Source: Octopus bimaculoides (Eukaryota). Taken from it: a stretch of DNA of 56,521 bases. Shown in pieces: positions 11,751-25,855 of this stretch (the first letter of the stretch is position 1; every line of letters starts with the position of its first letter). The stretch spans positions 50,191,437 through 50,247,957 of the forward strand of contig NC_068981.1 of NCBI RefSeq assembly GCF_001194135.2, written 5' to 3'. Position numbers and translations under genes: made by a program. Below the pieces are notes generated by a model. It was given only the letters and a program-made list of their open reading frames with translations, was not told the origin of the DNA and made no database searches.

Positions 11751-12595
11751 ATAGCATAACAACAACAACTACAATAATAATAATAATATAATAATAATCA
11801 CAATCACTAGAGTAATTTTAAATATACAATTCAATTCACTTATCTTCACATCAGTAAATAAGTAATTGAAGGATATTTAGGATATGCAAGCATATTCTCT
11901 TTTAAAAGTGGGTTTCAAAATATCTAAATTTTGTTTTGCTGAAGAGAGAAGATGCGAATTGTAAATATATCATAGAATTGCACGTCAAACATTAATATGC
12001 GTTAGAGATGTTTATTTTTATTATAGAAATCATATTATGTATCACATGATAGGTATAGTATAGCTTCATTGTGGTGATAACATCGAGAGAAATCGGCTTC
12101 AGGTAAACCTGATTTGTGAACAATTAAGTTATAAACAAGCAACGAAGATGCATTCTAAGGTGTCACTATATCTGATAGAAATAAGAATCATATCTTCCTG
12201 AGTGTACCGTCTTAAACAAATCAGATAATGTGATTAAGATTACATTTCAGGGGGAATAAAAATAGAAGATAACCATGGTTTTGTTTATAGATGTGCCTGA
12301 TCTGGGATTATGAGGACCGAATAGTATTTTATACCTACATACTTGCATGCAAAATTATAAAAATGTTGTCGGTATCCATATATATGTGTGTATGTAGATT
12401 TAAGAGTGTTTGAAAACTGACAGAGCATATTGAGGAAATAATAACAATTACAAGCTAAGAGAAACGGATGCAAATATTGCCAGGACACTATTCCTGTGAT
12501 AGCTGTTTCCGATTCTTATTTCCTTGTGTTATATAAAGCACTCACAATCAGATATTATACACGTGCACACACAAGCGCACACATACAGTAATATA

Positions 12596-12640
<45 letters not shown>

Positions 12641-13331
12641 TATAGGGTAGCAAAAAAAATTTTTAGAAATGTTATTTACCACCAGTGGTCTAGCGAGAGT
12701 AAAAAAAACAGTCAATAGACTATGTATTATTCATTTAAAATGCAGAGACGTCTATAATAGGACATCTACTCGCTAGAAATACTCGCTATATATACATATA
12801 GATAGAGAGATACATACATACATACAAACATACATACCCACATGCACATACATACAAACACATATGTATAGATGCATATATGTATGTGTGATTGTGCATG
12901 TGCGTGTGCAAGTATATAAGTTTGTAACTGCAATTAGAATGGGAATTGCTTTCGGTGTTACAGAACAAATTGTTGTAGCTATGCATGTGACTGACTTTTA
13001 CAAACAGCTAGATTCATACGATAACTAAATAATTCCTCTCATCATTTTTGCACCATTTCTTTATGCCAGTCACCACTTTAAAGCAATCCTCACATAGATA
13101 TTGCTTATCTCGTGAAAATTTACCAATTTGTCAGAACCAACTATTTTCCAACACTCTAACGAATGGAAAGAAATTCTCCTCGACAACTTGACAGTATAAT
13201 CACACGGTGTTGAACGAATGACTCAATTGAGTTGATGTTTTAAAAATAGAGGGAACAAAGAGACTGTCATTTACAGCTATTATATATGCGACAATACATA
13301 CTTACATACAGATGCGTGTACATACGTTTGA

Positions 13332-13366
<35 letters not shown>

Positions 13367-13678
13367 TATATACATATATATATATATTCACATATATATG
13401 TAAAATACGTAGTCATTATTGCCGGCACTTACAATACTTAGAAAGATATAGAGATAACTATATAGGCAGTAACATGCGCGTATGTAGCTATAAAAGTGCA
13501 TTTGAAAACAAGCAGAAATGCTAAGCGTGCACAAGCATTTATTCGTACGCGTAGGTAAAATAACAAATATAACTGAATAGATACTTTCAACATATATACT
13601 GTGTCTGTATATATGTGCATATATGAATACATGCATACATAACACGCGCACGAACACGCACACACACACACACACACA

Positions 13679-13720
<42 letters not shown>

Positions 13721-13780
13721 GTAATAGACAAATGGACGAATTTCGAATATCCCCACTGGTGAGTTGTAATGCAAAAAAAT

Positions 13781-14180
13781 AGGAGTGGCTGTGTGGTAAG
13801 TAGTTTGCTTATCAACCACATCATTCCGGGTTCAGTCCCACTACACGGCATCTTCGGCAAGTGTCTTCTACTATAGGCTGGAGCCGACCACAGACTTGTG
13901 AGTAGATTTGGTAGACGGACACCGAAAAAGCCCATCATACATATATACGTGTGTGTCTATGTATATGTTTATGTGCCTGTCCCCCACCCCCACGCGCCCC
14001 ATCGCTTCACAACAGATGCTGGTATGTTTACGTCCCCATAACTTGACGGTTCGGCTAAAGAAACCGATAGAATAAGTACTAGGCTTACAAATAAGAATTT
14101 CGTAGTTTGATTTATGCGACTAAAGTTAATGCTACAGCATGGGCGCAGTCAAATGACTGAAGCAAATAGAAGAATAAAGG
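13781..14180 (+). mobile_element. tRNA-derived SINE, family B, full length
   Basis: Head ggctgtgtggtaagtag...ccgggttcagtccc, internal (TA/TG)n, then tttacgtcccc..aact and gatagaataagtactaggcttaca, ending gcagtcaaatgactgaa. Reverse complement of 16698-17101. Confidence 0.85.
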
Positions 14181-14195
14181 TGTATACTTTTAAAT

Positions 14196-14227
<32 letters not shown>

Positions 14228-15528
14228 NNNNNNNNNNNNNNNNNNNNNNNNNNNNNNNNNNNNNNNNNNNNNNNNNNNNNNNNNNNNNNNNNNNNNNNNN
14301 NNNNNNNNNNNNNNNNNNNNNNNNNNNNNNNNNNNNNNNNNNNNNNNNNNNNNNNNNNNNNNNNNNNNNNNNNNNNNNNNNNNNNNNNNNNNNNNNNNNN
14401 NNNNNNNNNNNNNNNNNNNNNNNNNNNNNNNNNNNNNNNNNNNNNNNNNNNNNNNNNNNNNNNNNNNNNNNNNNNNNNNNNNNNNNNNNNNNNNNNNNNN
14501 NNNNNNNNNNNNNNNNNNNNNNNNNNNNNNNNNNNNNNNNNNNNNNNNNNNNNNNNNNNNNNNNNNNNNNNNNNNNNNNNNNNNNNNNNNNNNNNNNNNN
14601 NNNNNNCTTAAATGCAATATGAAGAGCAATCTTCAGCTGCACGAAAAATGCAGAAAAATTACTGTAGAACAGACATATTATAAATGTGGCAACATTTCAA
14701 ATCCAAGTGGGAGAGAGAATACATAAAAATGCAAATGTGAGGAAGAATACATAAGTCCATCTTGACATAGCCGAGTCTATCAGGCTAGTAATTGATTCTA
14801 GACAAAAGTTTTAACGGTCTCAGATTTTATTGTTTCTTATCTAGTGGTGATAGCAAAGGGACAATTACTTCTAAAGAGAGGGAAGGTGTAAGCAGTATGC
14901 ATGGACAAGGCTATAAAATATATTAGAATCTAAAGGTTTCACTGGTCATAGTAGAATCAGGTCATTTTACTTCTATCAAAGTGTTGAGGAATCAATGTTG
15001 AGGAATTACAGTCCTAGGTATATGGGTCAAATAGGTTTTTTACTTTTAGTCTGAGAAGGACAGAAAAAGCTGGAATCTACACTTGTGTGTGTGTGTGTGA
15101 GTGTGCGTGTGTGTGTGCGTGCGTGCGTGCGTGTGTGTGTGTGTATGTGAGTGTGCGCGATTATTCATTTGTAACGTGCGTGTCTACGTCAAAATCTATA
15201 TTATTCTGCAGATCCGTGTTTGTACTACATTGGAACGGAATCAACAAAATATGTTACACAGTTTTAATTGTATGTATTTGTGTGGGAACAGTCTAATATT
15301 TTCGATGAAGCATAATACATACACACACATACACACACACAATCACATACACTCACACATGATCACACACGCATGTCTGTGTTTCTGTATGAAGACTAAA
15401 CGCCAAACTGTCTAAATATTCCATTAGATAAAAGAGCGTACAAAATCGAGTTCAGAGATATTTACGAGATGCGTAGCCATTAAGATCCATGGGAGTATTA
15501 CAATATAAGTTTTACTATGCCTTTTACT

Positions 15529-15745
15529 GGCGACGAGCTGGCAGAAACATTAGCACGCCGGGCGAATTGCTTAGCAGTATTCCGTCTGTTTTCAGGCTCT
15601 GAGTTCAAATTCCTCCGAGGTCGATTTTTGTCTTTCATCCTTTCGGTGTCGATAAATTAAATACCAGTAAAGAACGGGGGTCGATCTAATGGACTGGTCC
15701 CTCTGCCAAAATTTCGGGTCTTGTGCCTAGAGTAGAAAAAATATT
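15529..15745 (+). mobile_element. SINE family A, full length
   Basis: ggcgacgagctggcagaaac...ctgagttcaaattc...tttcatcctttcggtgtcgataaattaaatacc...gtgcctagagtagaaa. Confidence 0.88.
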
Positions 15746-16154
15746 TATTCTACTATAAAATTAGAAAGTGTAAAAAGATCAATTAGAATTTGATCTAATG
15801 CTATTTGACTCTGTATAGAAACTTAAATCACCAACACACGAGAGATATGTATTACAGAAGAGAATCTCATTTGAGAATACTTATTCACATTTGCTTAACA
15901 GGTTTTACAATACCTTGATTGTCACAGTAAATTTGAGACAGAAGGTTCCCGGTTTATGTAGTTTTCGTTCGTATATTACTTGGAACTTAATAATGGGACC
16001 CTAGCATATTCTCTCCTACAATATATATATATCTAGTAGTTAAAGACCCAAAATAATGCGAGTTTGTGGTACATGCAAAGTATTACTAAGACACTCGCGA
16101 GGGGGGGGGGTTCAAAAGAAAAGGAAGGAGGAGGGTTAAAATCGCCAACATTCC

Positions 16155-16196
<42 letters not shown>

Positions 16197-16401
16197 GTTA
16201 AATATTTCAATAATTACTGGTATTTTTATATATTGTATGTGTAAGCATATTATNNNNNNNNNNTGTATGTGTAAGCATATTATGCTATCCATGTATGTAT
16301 ATTGTTATAATGTTTTTTTTTTAATAAATATATAGACATAATATAATGTCTAAAAGTTGATGAATACCACCTCTTGATCCCCTCTATTTTCTTATGGCTG
16401 T

Positions 16402-16447
<46 letters not shown>

Positions 16448-16553
16448 TTGTGTGTGTATGTATAAATATGTAGAAAGAGACAGAGGCAGAGACAGAGGGT
16501 TAGATAGTTAGATAGATAGATACAAATACATATACATACATATATACATACAT

Positions 16554-17186
16554 AAGCTTGCTTCCCAACCACATGGTTCCGAGTTCAGTTCCACTCCGTG
16601 GCACGTTTTGCAAGTGACCTCTATTATAATCTCGGAGCGGTAAACGACTTGTGAGGGGATTTGGTAGAAGGAAACTTAAAAAGCCCGTCGTATATATCTC
16701 TCTTTTACTCTTTTACTTGTCTCAGTCATTTGACTGCGGCCATGCTGGAGTACCCCCTTTAGTCGAGCAAATCGACCCCAGGACTCATTTTTTGTAAGCC
16801 TAGTACTTATTCTATCAATCAGTTTTGCCGAATCGCTAAGTTACGGGGGCGTAAACACACCAGCATCGGTTGTCAAGCGATGTTGGGGGACAAACACAGA
16901 CACACATACATATACACACATATACACACGTATACACATATATATACAAATATACGACAGTCTTCTTTCAGTATCCGTCTACCAAATCCACTCACAAGGC
17001 TTTGGTCGGCCCGAAGCTATAGTAGAAGACAAGGTGCCACGCAGTGGGACTGAACCCGGAAATTTGTGGTTCGTAAGCAAGCTACTTACCACACAGCCAC
17101 TTGTTAGTGTGCGCGTGTGTTTCTTCCCCATCGCTGCTTGACAACCTATATTGTGTTTACGTCCCCGTAACCTGGCGGTTCGGTAA
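16554..17186 (+). mobile_element. SINE family B (older copy), split by an inserted antisense copy
   Basis: The 5' part (16554-16697) stops at the internal (TA)n. The 3' part resumes at 17102-17186 (cttgacaac...tgtgtttacgtccccgtaacc.ggcggttcgg). Confidence 0.78.
16698..17101 (-). mobile_element. SINE family B, full length, nested
   Basis: Complete reverse-complement match to 13781-14180, from the agtggctgtgtggtaagtag head to the aaaagagtaaaagag tail. Confidence 0.9.
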
Positions 17187-20100
17187 ATGTGAGCATGTGT
17201 GTAAATAAATTTACTTTCAATGATTGTTCCTCACTGTGAGATCTGAGGAAACTCCTTGTCATTTGAAGCTCATGGAATTACCATTACCAGTGTATTTCAC
17301 TTGGGAGTACAAAGATGCCGGCGGCCATCAAAGTAAAACAATGATTGCAAAGATTATTTGTCAAGGTATAAATCTTTTGCAGAGCAGAAAAGATTTTTTA
17401 AATTTTTTTTTTTGAAAACATATAGTATCAAAGGAAACAACAAAGTGTATCTCTAATTAGGTTGCGCAATCATGTATTTCTGAAATAATAAATTCCCCAC
17501 CTGCCGAAGTCGAAGTAAATCAAATTGTTTTCCACCTCTTCATTTCTGTGATTACTAAGAACATCGACTTTTTTGTTGAGACGTCAAGAAATAGCTGAGG
17601 ATGTAAGCGAAGTTCACCACATACTGACATNNNNNNNNNNNNNNNNNNNNNNNNNNNNNNNNNNNNNNNNNNNNNNNNNNNNNNNNNNNNNNNNNNNNNN
17701 NNNNNNNNNNNNNNNNNNNNNNNNNNNNNNNNNNNNNNNNNNNNNNNNNNNNNNNNNNNNNNNNNNNNNNNNNNNNNNNNNNNNNNNNNNNNNNNNNNNN
17801 NNNNNNNNNNNNNNNNNNNNNNNNNNNNNNNNNNNNNNNNNNNNNNNNNNNNNNNNNNNNNNNNNNNNNNNNNNNNNNNNNNNNNNNNNNNNNNNNNNNN
17901 NNNNNNNNNNNNNNNNNNNNNNNNNNNNNNNNNNNNNNNNNNNNNNNNNNNNNNNNNNNNTATATATATATGTATATAAATATATATATATAGGGGGAGC
18001 GAGAAAGAGAATGGGAGAACGAAACAAACAAACAAACAAAGTGACAAGCAGAGATGAAGAGAAGCAGAATAACTTCTCATTTAAACTATCTATTCTGTAT
18101 TAGAATATTCTATTACATGCTAGAATGAACCAATATTCTGATTTTCCTAAGAGTACAAGACGCGAGCAAATGGTTTCGTCCAGGAATCTTGATTTTCGTT
18201 TATTGTATCAATATTATTTGGTTTAAAATATTCTAATTGTTTCGAAATCTTATTAGTACATGGTCTTCCGAATACATGTATATAGCTTTACGAATCTCGG
18301 TAAGCCAATAAAGATGAACACCTCTAGCAACTTACTATAGTCTTTGAACGTGTATAGCAGCCATTGTCTTCAAAATTGTATCAATAGAATACAATCATTT
18401 GATGTCTTATTTACACATTCTATTCTCTTGTTACTATTTATCTTTGTCAGAAATAAAATGTTTTGTTTTCCTTATTTCACCATTAATATCGTCTTCTCTT
18501 ATCCTATCACAAGCGACAAAAACTTTGTATAACTCACATGCATAACACTTTCTGTACAATTAAATCAGAAGCATAAAATCTGTTTGTTTGCGTATATATA
18601 CACATATAGTGGTAATATATTTGTACATAAACATATATATATATCTATCTATATANNNNNNNNNNNNNNNNNNNNNNNNNNNNNNNNNNNNNNNNNNNNN
18701 NNNNNNNNNNNNNNNNNNNNNNNNNNNNNNNNNNNNNNNNNNNNNNNNNNNNNNNNNNNNNNNNNNNNNNNNNNNNNNNNNNNNNNNNNNNNNNNNNNNN
18801 NNNNNNNNNNNNNNNNNNNNNNNNNNNNNNNNNNNNNNNNNNNNNNNNNNNNNNNNNNNNNNNNNNNNNNNNNNNNNNNNNNNNNNNNNNNNNNNNNNNN
18901 NNNNNNNNNNNNNNNNNNNNNNNNNNNNNNNNNNNNNNNNNNNNNNNNNNNNNNNNNNNNNNNNNNNNNNNNNNNNNNNNNNNNNNNNNNNNNNNNNNNN
19001 NNNNNNNNNNNNNNNNNNNNNNNNNNNNNNNNNNNNNNNNNNNNNNNNNNNNNNNNNNNNNNNNNNNNNNNNNNNNNNNNNNNNNNNNNNNNNNNNNNNN
19101 NNNNNNNNNNNNNNNNNNNNNNNNNNNNNNNNNNNNNNNNNNNNNNNNNNNNNNNNNNNNNNNNNNNNNNNNNNNNNNNNNNNNNNNNNNNNNNNNNNNN
19201 NNNNNNNNNNNNNNNNNNNNNNNNNNNNNNNNNNNNNNNNNNNNNNNNNNNNNNNNNNNNNNNNNNNNNNNNNNNNNNNNNNNNNNNNNNNNNNNNNNNN
19301 NNNNNNNNNNGTATATATGTGTGTGTGTGTGTGTGTGTATGTGTGTGTGTGTATGCATGCATGCATGCATGTATGCATGCATGTATGCATGCATGCATGT
19401 ATGTACGTATGTATGTATGTATGTACGTATGTATGTATGTATGTATGTGATACAGTATCTACTACTAATATAGCATACTTTAACAATTGCTTAAGTTTGC
19501 TAGAAATGCCAGAATATAAAATATATCTGCAAGTTAGTTACAAAATTTGAACGTGACTTATTAATATCTGTGACATGGTATACATGATCCAATGTTGGGA
19601 GACAATTTTGCTACCAGGTTAGTGTCATGGTATGTTTTGTTGTTGAATATGTCATTTTATTCTGAAAGTTTGATTTCCTTGCTTTTCTCAGATAGCAGTT
19701 CTTCCAAAATTATTTCTGAAACAGCAACACGCATTAACACTGAAGCGAAGATTTTGCAAAAATATTTTTTCAAACTGAGTTAAAGCTTGCGTCTATAATA
19801 CACTGTACTTATTCAATAATGAATAATTTTTAGTTGATAGTATTAAACGGGCGAATTCACAAATACGTAATGAACAAAACCAGCGCTACATAAATACTCG
19901 AGACAAATATAAGTATTTCCCGGCTATCATTTTAGATTCAAGTGTGTGGAATTACACTGAAACTAGAGTATGATAGCTACATTTTTAATGGATGTTTTTA
20001 AGTGTAACAATGTATCCCTTAGAAAATGAATGACATTTTGTATACTTATTTAAATTATTTAGAACGGCTTGTCTTTCAAGTTATAGGTACAATGCATAGT

Positions 20101-20951
20101 TCGGTTTATTTATGCATAAATAAATTATGAGTATTTTAAATCGATGTGATATGATATATCAAACGTGTACTCCACCACATTGAATTATATGAAACCATCA
20201 TTTCAAAACATTTTACATTATGCCAAGACTTGCCGTGAATTTAACATCTCATTAAAATATTATTGACAGTCGTCTGTAACATATAGTATTTAAATTAATT
20301 TCTATTCATCACTATTAAACTATCATATAAACAATAACCAACTTGCCTCAGATGTTACTTAGAGTTTTAAATTGAATCCTTCAGATTTTAGTTATAACAG
20401 AAGCGTACTGATATTTATTCTTTCAATAGAGAAAAATAGTTGGATAAATCAATTTTCTATTCAAGATAAGTTTCAATGCAAATTCCATATCGAGCATATT
20501 ACAGTGCTTTACCACTTTATTTCTACAGATTCTTCCGAAATTCCATTGATAGAAAATCAATGCAGATTTTGTCGTCTACGCGAAAAACAATGATTAGGAG
20601 GATATTCCTGTTTCATTTTAACACTAAAGGTAACGTTAAGGCAACGTTTTATAGTTCCAATATATCCTTTAACATGTAGAAAGGAAATGATCGCCATTCT
20701 CTGTAATATTTCCAAATAATAAATCACAATGCGTTCTGAAGAAAGGAATATTGAGAGAAAATTAAGTAACAGAGTCCACAGTTAGATTCACATATAGTCA
20801 TTGATATAAGCTGGTAGAAAATCTCGTGTAATATTCGCTTTCTGTCACTACCTGGTTCTCTCTTTCTCTCTATATACATTCATTCCTACATTTGAGTGTA
20901 TGAATGTATGTAATGTAATGTATATAATCTATGTAATGTAATGCATGTATG

Positions 20952-20983
<32 letters not shown>

Positions 20984-21039
20984 TGTATATATGTCAGGTG
21001 TACATAAACATAAACAAAGAGGAAAATTAGTTTCAGTGA

Positions 21040-21400
21040 GAGAAAAGGCAAATAAGGTTGAGGAAATACTTAAAAAAGTATTATGGATATTTCAGAACCA
21101 TAACCTCAGGACGGATACGAATTTAAACTTGCACAAGGCTAGTATAATGTCTGCACTCATGTTCGAGATAGGATTATCAGTCATGAGTTGTCAACATTTA
21201 AGCTAATTGGAGCACTTCCAACAGTATGCCTTCGTTGCACTCTAATGTCAAATAGAAGGAATAATGATTCAATTTTATTGTTAGTGTAACAGGAAAAAGC
21301 ACTATTACTGGAGCAAATATCTTTTGTAGAGAACAAGTTGCCGTGAGATTAATTCGATATCTAAGCAAATACTATAAGGAGAGCTATCGAGAAGCAACTT
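21040..21400 (+). mobile_element. Highly degraded RTE-clade LINE fragment (post-RT region)
   Basis: KANKVEEILKKVLW...LRTDTNLNLHKASIMSALMF...LEHFQQ and later SKQIL*GELS resemble the RTE pattern KA..AF..L...VW...I.L.TKL..Y.A.V...LLY...L..FH and PKQL.YGEL. Confidence 0.55.
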
Positions 21401-22244
21401 CAAAAATATGCAACATTAGCATCGGTTAGTTGGATATTTGTCCCCTGACAGAACAATTTTGAGAGTGACAGGTAGTTCTTTATTATAGACCAGATTTATA
21501 GTATAGTTTAGAATTGTGTATGTCTGTCATGGGTACAACAATCGAAGAATCGCTTCCGTTAACAGCGTTTTCGAATATTCAAAATCATTTTCATTAACTT
21601 ATTCTATAAATATTTGAAATCCATTTCTCTTCAGTATACGTAATATAAATTTAGAGGTGATTAATTCTGTGCCCATTTATTTTCCATTGTTTATTGTTTA
21701 TTTTATATATTATTGAGTATTTTTCTGCGTATAAATATTTGAACGTATATACATTTATATATGACTACCCAGAATATATCATATTACTTAAATATATGTA
21801 CCCTTATATGTATTTGATATTTAAATATACGGTTTATTACTATATTTTTCTTCGCTTTATAATTTTAATGCTTACCCAATGCATATTATATTATATATAT
21901 ATTTACATGTGTAAATATACCACCTTTCCCCATGTATACGTTTTATACCAAGTTTTTTCAATCAAACAATACTCAGTTAGCTAATATGCTCCGTACATTT
22001 AATACATAAAAATATAAAAATGTAATGGCATATCTTTTTTCTACCTCAAATTTATGAGTTAATTATTTTAAGTAATTTTTAAAGTTTGAATCGAAACAGC
22101 TGTCAATGATTATGTCTATGTTTCTAATTAATAAATATTATTATTCAGTGATATTGCTCTTTTCTTATACACACANNNNNNNNNNNNNNNNNNNNNNNNN
22201 NNNNNNNNNNNNNNNNNNNNNNNNNNNNNNNNNNNGTGTATAAC

Positions 22245-22455
22245 AATCTCATCACGCAATCGAACCAATGAAAGAGCCTATACCTGGTCGGTCAACACGC
22301 TGAAAATAACAACCAAAGTATCCCCCTACCTAAATCACACACCCATTGTATTTAATGTCCTAGATTATCCCTAAAAAGACGGTTTGCTGACGGCTGCAAT
22401 GTCTTTGATGACAGGTTTGCAGTATCAGGGTTGATTTCAGGCTAAATAACAACAA
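22245..22455 (+). mobile_element. Fragment of an interspersed repeat (family E, SINE/LINE-tail-like)
   Basis: Related blocks (aaatcacac.cc, aaaaagacgg, catag/caggtttgc...atcagggttg) recur at 23200-23475 and, reversed, at about 28400-28580. Confidence 0.5.
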
Positions 22456-23067
22456 CATTATAGTAAATTTCTATATTAACACCCGCACGATTTTCACTAA
22501 GAAAAAGAAAATAAGTGGGGTTCCCCCCCCCCCAATCCCGGAATCATTGGAATTTTTTTCGTAGAATAAATTCCAGTGAACTAATATTACAAAATTAGGT
22601 GAGTTAAGGTGAGTCTGGTAACTTATGGTTTGGGTGTCTTGTTGTTTGTAACTTTTGGTGAGCCATGGTACAACCAACAGTATGGTAAAAATCTCTGCAA
22701 TTAGTTTGGTGCGGATAAGTAATATCAAATAATTCAATGACAGCATATATTCAAATTAAATATGAAAAAATTGAAATATTATCTTTCAGTATTTGATAAG
22801 GTAAAATCTTGAATTATTAATTGACACATTCTTAATTTTCTTATAACAGCAATGCCTGTAAAAATCATGGATTACATGGAAACCTGCGATCATGAAAAGT
22901 AATATTCTTAAGATTATAAACCTGGAAAAGTACAGGACAAGTTATTACACCTCTAAAAGTATAGGTCAAGCTATTACTTCTAGTAAAGTAAAGAATAAAA
23001 ACTTTTACTTAAAATATTGCAGCTAAAATTGAAATTTGAATATCAGAATTTATTTTATTATAGTTTT

Positions 23068-23153
23068 GGCTGTGTGTTAAGTAGCTTGCTTACCAACCAC
23101 ATGGTCCCGAGTTCAGTCCCACTGCGAGGCACCTTGGGCAAGTGTCTTCTACT
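23068..23153 (+). mobile_element. SINE family B, 5' head only
   Basis: ggctgtgtgttaagtagcttgcttaccaaccacatggtcccgagttcagtcccactgcgaggcaccttgggcaagtgtcttctact. Confidence 0.85.
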
Positions 23154-23199
23154 TGCGAACAACAACTTCCGGGTTCCCTCCCTTCAGAAAGCCCTTTTC

Positions 23200-23475
23200 T
23201 AATAGCCAGAGATGTTTTCATAGAAACATAGGTTTGCTGCATCAGGGTTGGTTTGAGGGTAAAAGAAAATTATTACCGAGACAAACCAAATACGGAGCCT
23301 GTATGCGGTTGCATGACCTGCTGGAAAATGTAGCCAATTTTTGTTTTGTTTATATATACAGAATAGAAAAGATCTATCCTATGATATACACGTAGAGTCC
23401 ATTATATCTGGGTAAAAAGACGGAATGGTCAGAGTGTGGACGTTTGTGATCATATCTGTTCAATCAGATCCAAAG
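23200..23475 (+). mobile_element. Family E fragments
   Basis: Similarity to 22245-22455. Confidence 0.45.
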
Positions 23476-23739
23476 CATTAACGAATTGCTTTAGATTCAA
23501 GTAATATATTGTGAAATTAATGTTTATTGTTTTTTTTTATATATAATTGGAATACTTCTGTGATCTTCTTGGTATGATAAATTGACTTTGATAAGCAAAA
23601 GACTTTCCGTCAAAGGACGTCCAACTCTACTCAGAACAACTTACAACTGACCATATGTGAACACGGAAGAACAGCGAGAGACCGAGGTAGATAGTGACAA
23701 ACAAATATATGAATATGTATATAGATAAAAAGATAGATA

Positions 23740-23925
23740 GATACATGGATAGATAGATAAATAGGTTGATAGGTATTAATGTATGTATGTATGTATGTAT
23801 GTATATAGGTAGGAAGGTAGGTAGGTAGGTAGGTAGGTAGGTAGGTAGGTAGGTAGGTAGGTAGGTAGGTAGGTAATTAGGGAGCTAACTGGCTAGCTAG
23901 ATAGACAGATAGAGACAGCGAGATG
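23740..23925. repeat. Compound tetranucleotide microsatellite (TAGA/TATG/TAGG)n
   Basis: Direct reading. Confidence 0.95.
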
Positions 23926-24103
23926 GATAGTATCACAATATTACATATTGTGATAAACGCAATTTATTAATATCTAACAGAAAATAACAAACATTTATCC
24001 GTAGGTTTTTTAATAGAGTTCTTTTGAAAGAAGTGATCGATGAATGTCATTAAAAATTGAGTACAGAAAAATACGTATCGGTGCTGATGTATTTACATCG
24101 ATA

Positions 24104-25076
24104 TTAGGTCGTCAAGTATGAAATTTGAAGGAAAGAAAAATGTTTGCTAATGTTTTATAAATACAAAGAATAGTTTTATTTATCAAAGTATGCACCCATA
24201 TTGTCAAGACACATTTGCTTTTTCAGCGATAGCTTATCCAGCCCGGAACTATAAAAACCTAGCAATCTAGAATCAGTAATATCTTAGAAGGCCTGTTTTA
24301 TAGCATCGTCGGAATTAAATTCTTTTCCTATCAAAATGTTATCCAAACTCTGGAAAGATCAGGTATGGTGGATGATAAAGAACACCAACACCCATAGTTT
24401 CGCCAATGTCATTTTTGCGATGTGTGGTCTGTTATTGTCTTGCAATAAAATAGGAGTGGATCTGTTGAATAATCTAGGCTGTTTTTTGTAAGTATCTGCA
24501 TTATTTGATCAAGTTGATTGCAGCATACTTCGGCTGTGATTGATGAGCCTAGTTTAATGAAATTATAATGGATCACAACTGCGCCGGACCACCAACCACA
24601 CACCATCAGCTGTGGACTGTGTTTTGGTGGTTCGTATTTGTCCAGCCATTGGGCTGACCGTTTCCAGTTGTTGTACTGGATCCATTACTCATTATCCACC
24701 TTTGTTTCTGGTCAACCACGTTGCTCATTTGTGAGGTCAAAGTTACCCGAAAGAAATTTTGCAAACCTATTTGATACTGTCTGCATTAGAATGAAATACA
24801 CCATTAATATTCTGAGCTACCTGTGATGCTGTATTTCCAAGAAAGAACTCATAATTGAAAACTATACGAATTTCCGACTTATCCATCTCTAAACAAAAAT
24901 AGCAAAAAACAATTTATAAACACTTTACAAAGCGCAGAATAAGTTACAATAAGGGAATAGATGTGTTAGCATTCTAACAAAAAATAAAGAATGTCAAAAT
25001 ATATTAATGGCGCAAAATGAGATGCTGTCAAAATTTACCGTATACCTTACTACATATTTTATACTTGACGACCTAA
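24104..25076 (-). mobile_element. Mariner transposon, internally deleted, both TIRs present
   Basis: Left TIR ttaggtcgtcaagtatgaaat (24104-24124) and right TIR attttatacttgacgacctaa (25056-25076) match at 20/21. TA lies outside the left TIR and TG outside the right. Confidence 0.9.
24176..24886 (-). pseudogene. Mariner transposase remnant (Hsmar1/SETMAR-like sequence pattern)
   Basis: MDKSEIRIVFNYEF...AQNIN, then FAKFLSGNFDLTNEQRG*PETKVDNE fused to WIQYNNWKRSAQWLD, MVCGWWSGAVVIHY...ITAEVCCNQLD, HPPY and a C-terminus GLDKL...CLDNMGAYFDK*. Confidence 0.88.
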
Positions 25077-25783
25077 TGCATATATACATATAAACGGAAG
25101 GTAGTGAGCGCGAAACACATATGCATACAAACACACACACATGTACACACACACACATACATATATGTATATATATGATGTTCACTCGTTCATGCATACA
25201 CAGTTTGCTAGCATAGTCGTATTTACTACAGGAATATCATACCGATGAAGGAAATTGAGTATTATCACTCATAATCCAGAAACACGTCTATAATTAACTT
25301 TAAATGGTTAGTTTTCATTGTTTTTTTCTTCTTGTTTTTGCCTTTGTGAGTTACAAGTAATGCTATCTGTTGAAGTATTAGCTTTTTTAGCTGCTATTTC
25401 TGAACTTCGGTATGTGGTGAAGCAAATGCTTGCTGATCTCTTAATTATGTATATATATGATGTTCACTCGTTCATGCATACACAGTTTGCTAGCATAGTC
25501 GTATTTACTACAGGAATATCATACNNNNNNNNNNNNNNNNNNNNNNNNNNNNNNNNNNNNNNNNNNNNNNNNNNNNNNNNNNNNNNNNNNNNNNNNNNNN
25601 NNNNNNNNNNNNNNNNNNNNNNNNNNNNNNNNNNNNNNNNNNNNNNNNNNNNNNNNNNNNNNNNNNNNNNNNNNNNNNNNNNNNNNNNNNNNNNNNNNNN
25701 NNNNNNNNNNNNNNNNNNNNNNNNNNNNNNNNNNNNNNNNNNNNNNNNNNNNNNNNNNNNNNNNNNNNNNNNNNNNNNNNNNN

Positions 25784-25855
<72 letters not shown>

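Noticed and set aside
16234-16283. Exact 20-bp direct repeat around a 10-N gap
   Set aside because: Typical unmerged contig overlap, so an assembly artefact.
17224-17415. 63-aa ORF with a possible donor at CAAG|GTATAA
   Set aside because: Weak acceptor and no recognisable domain; unsupported without RNA data.
25164-25524. Identical ~79-bp direct repeat (25164-25242 and 25446-25524)
   Set aside because: The second copy ends exactly at a gap and identity is perfect, so an assembly artefact is more likely than a real duplication.
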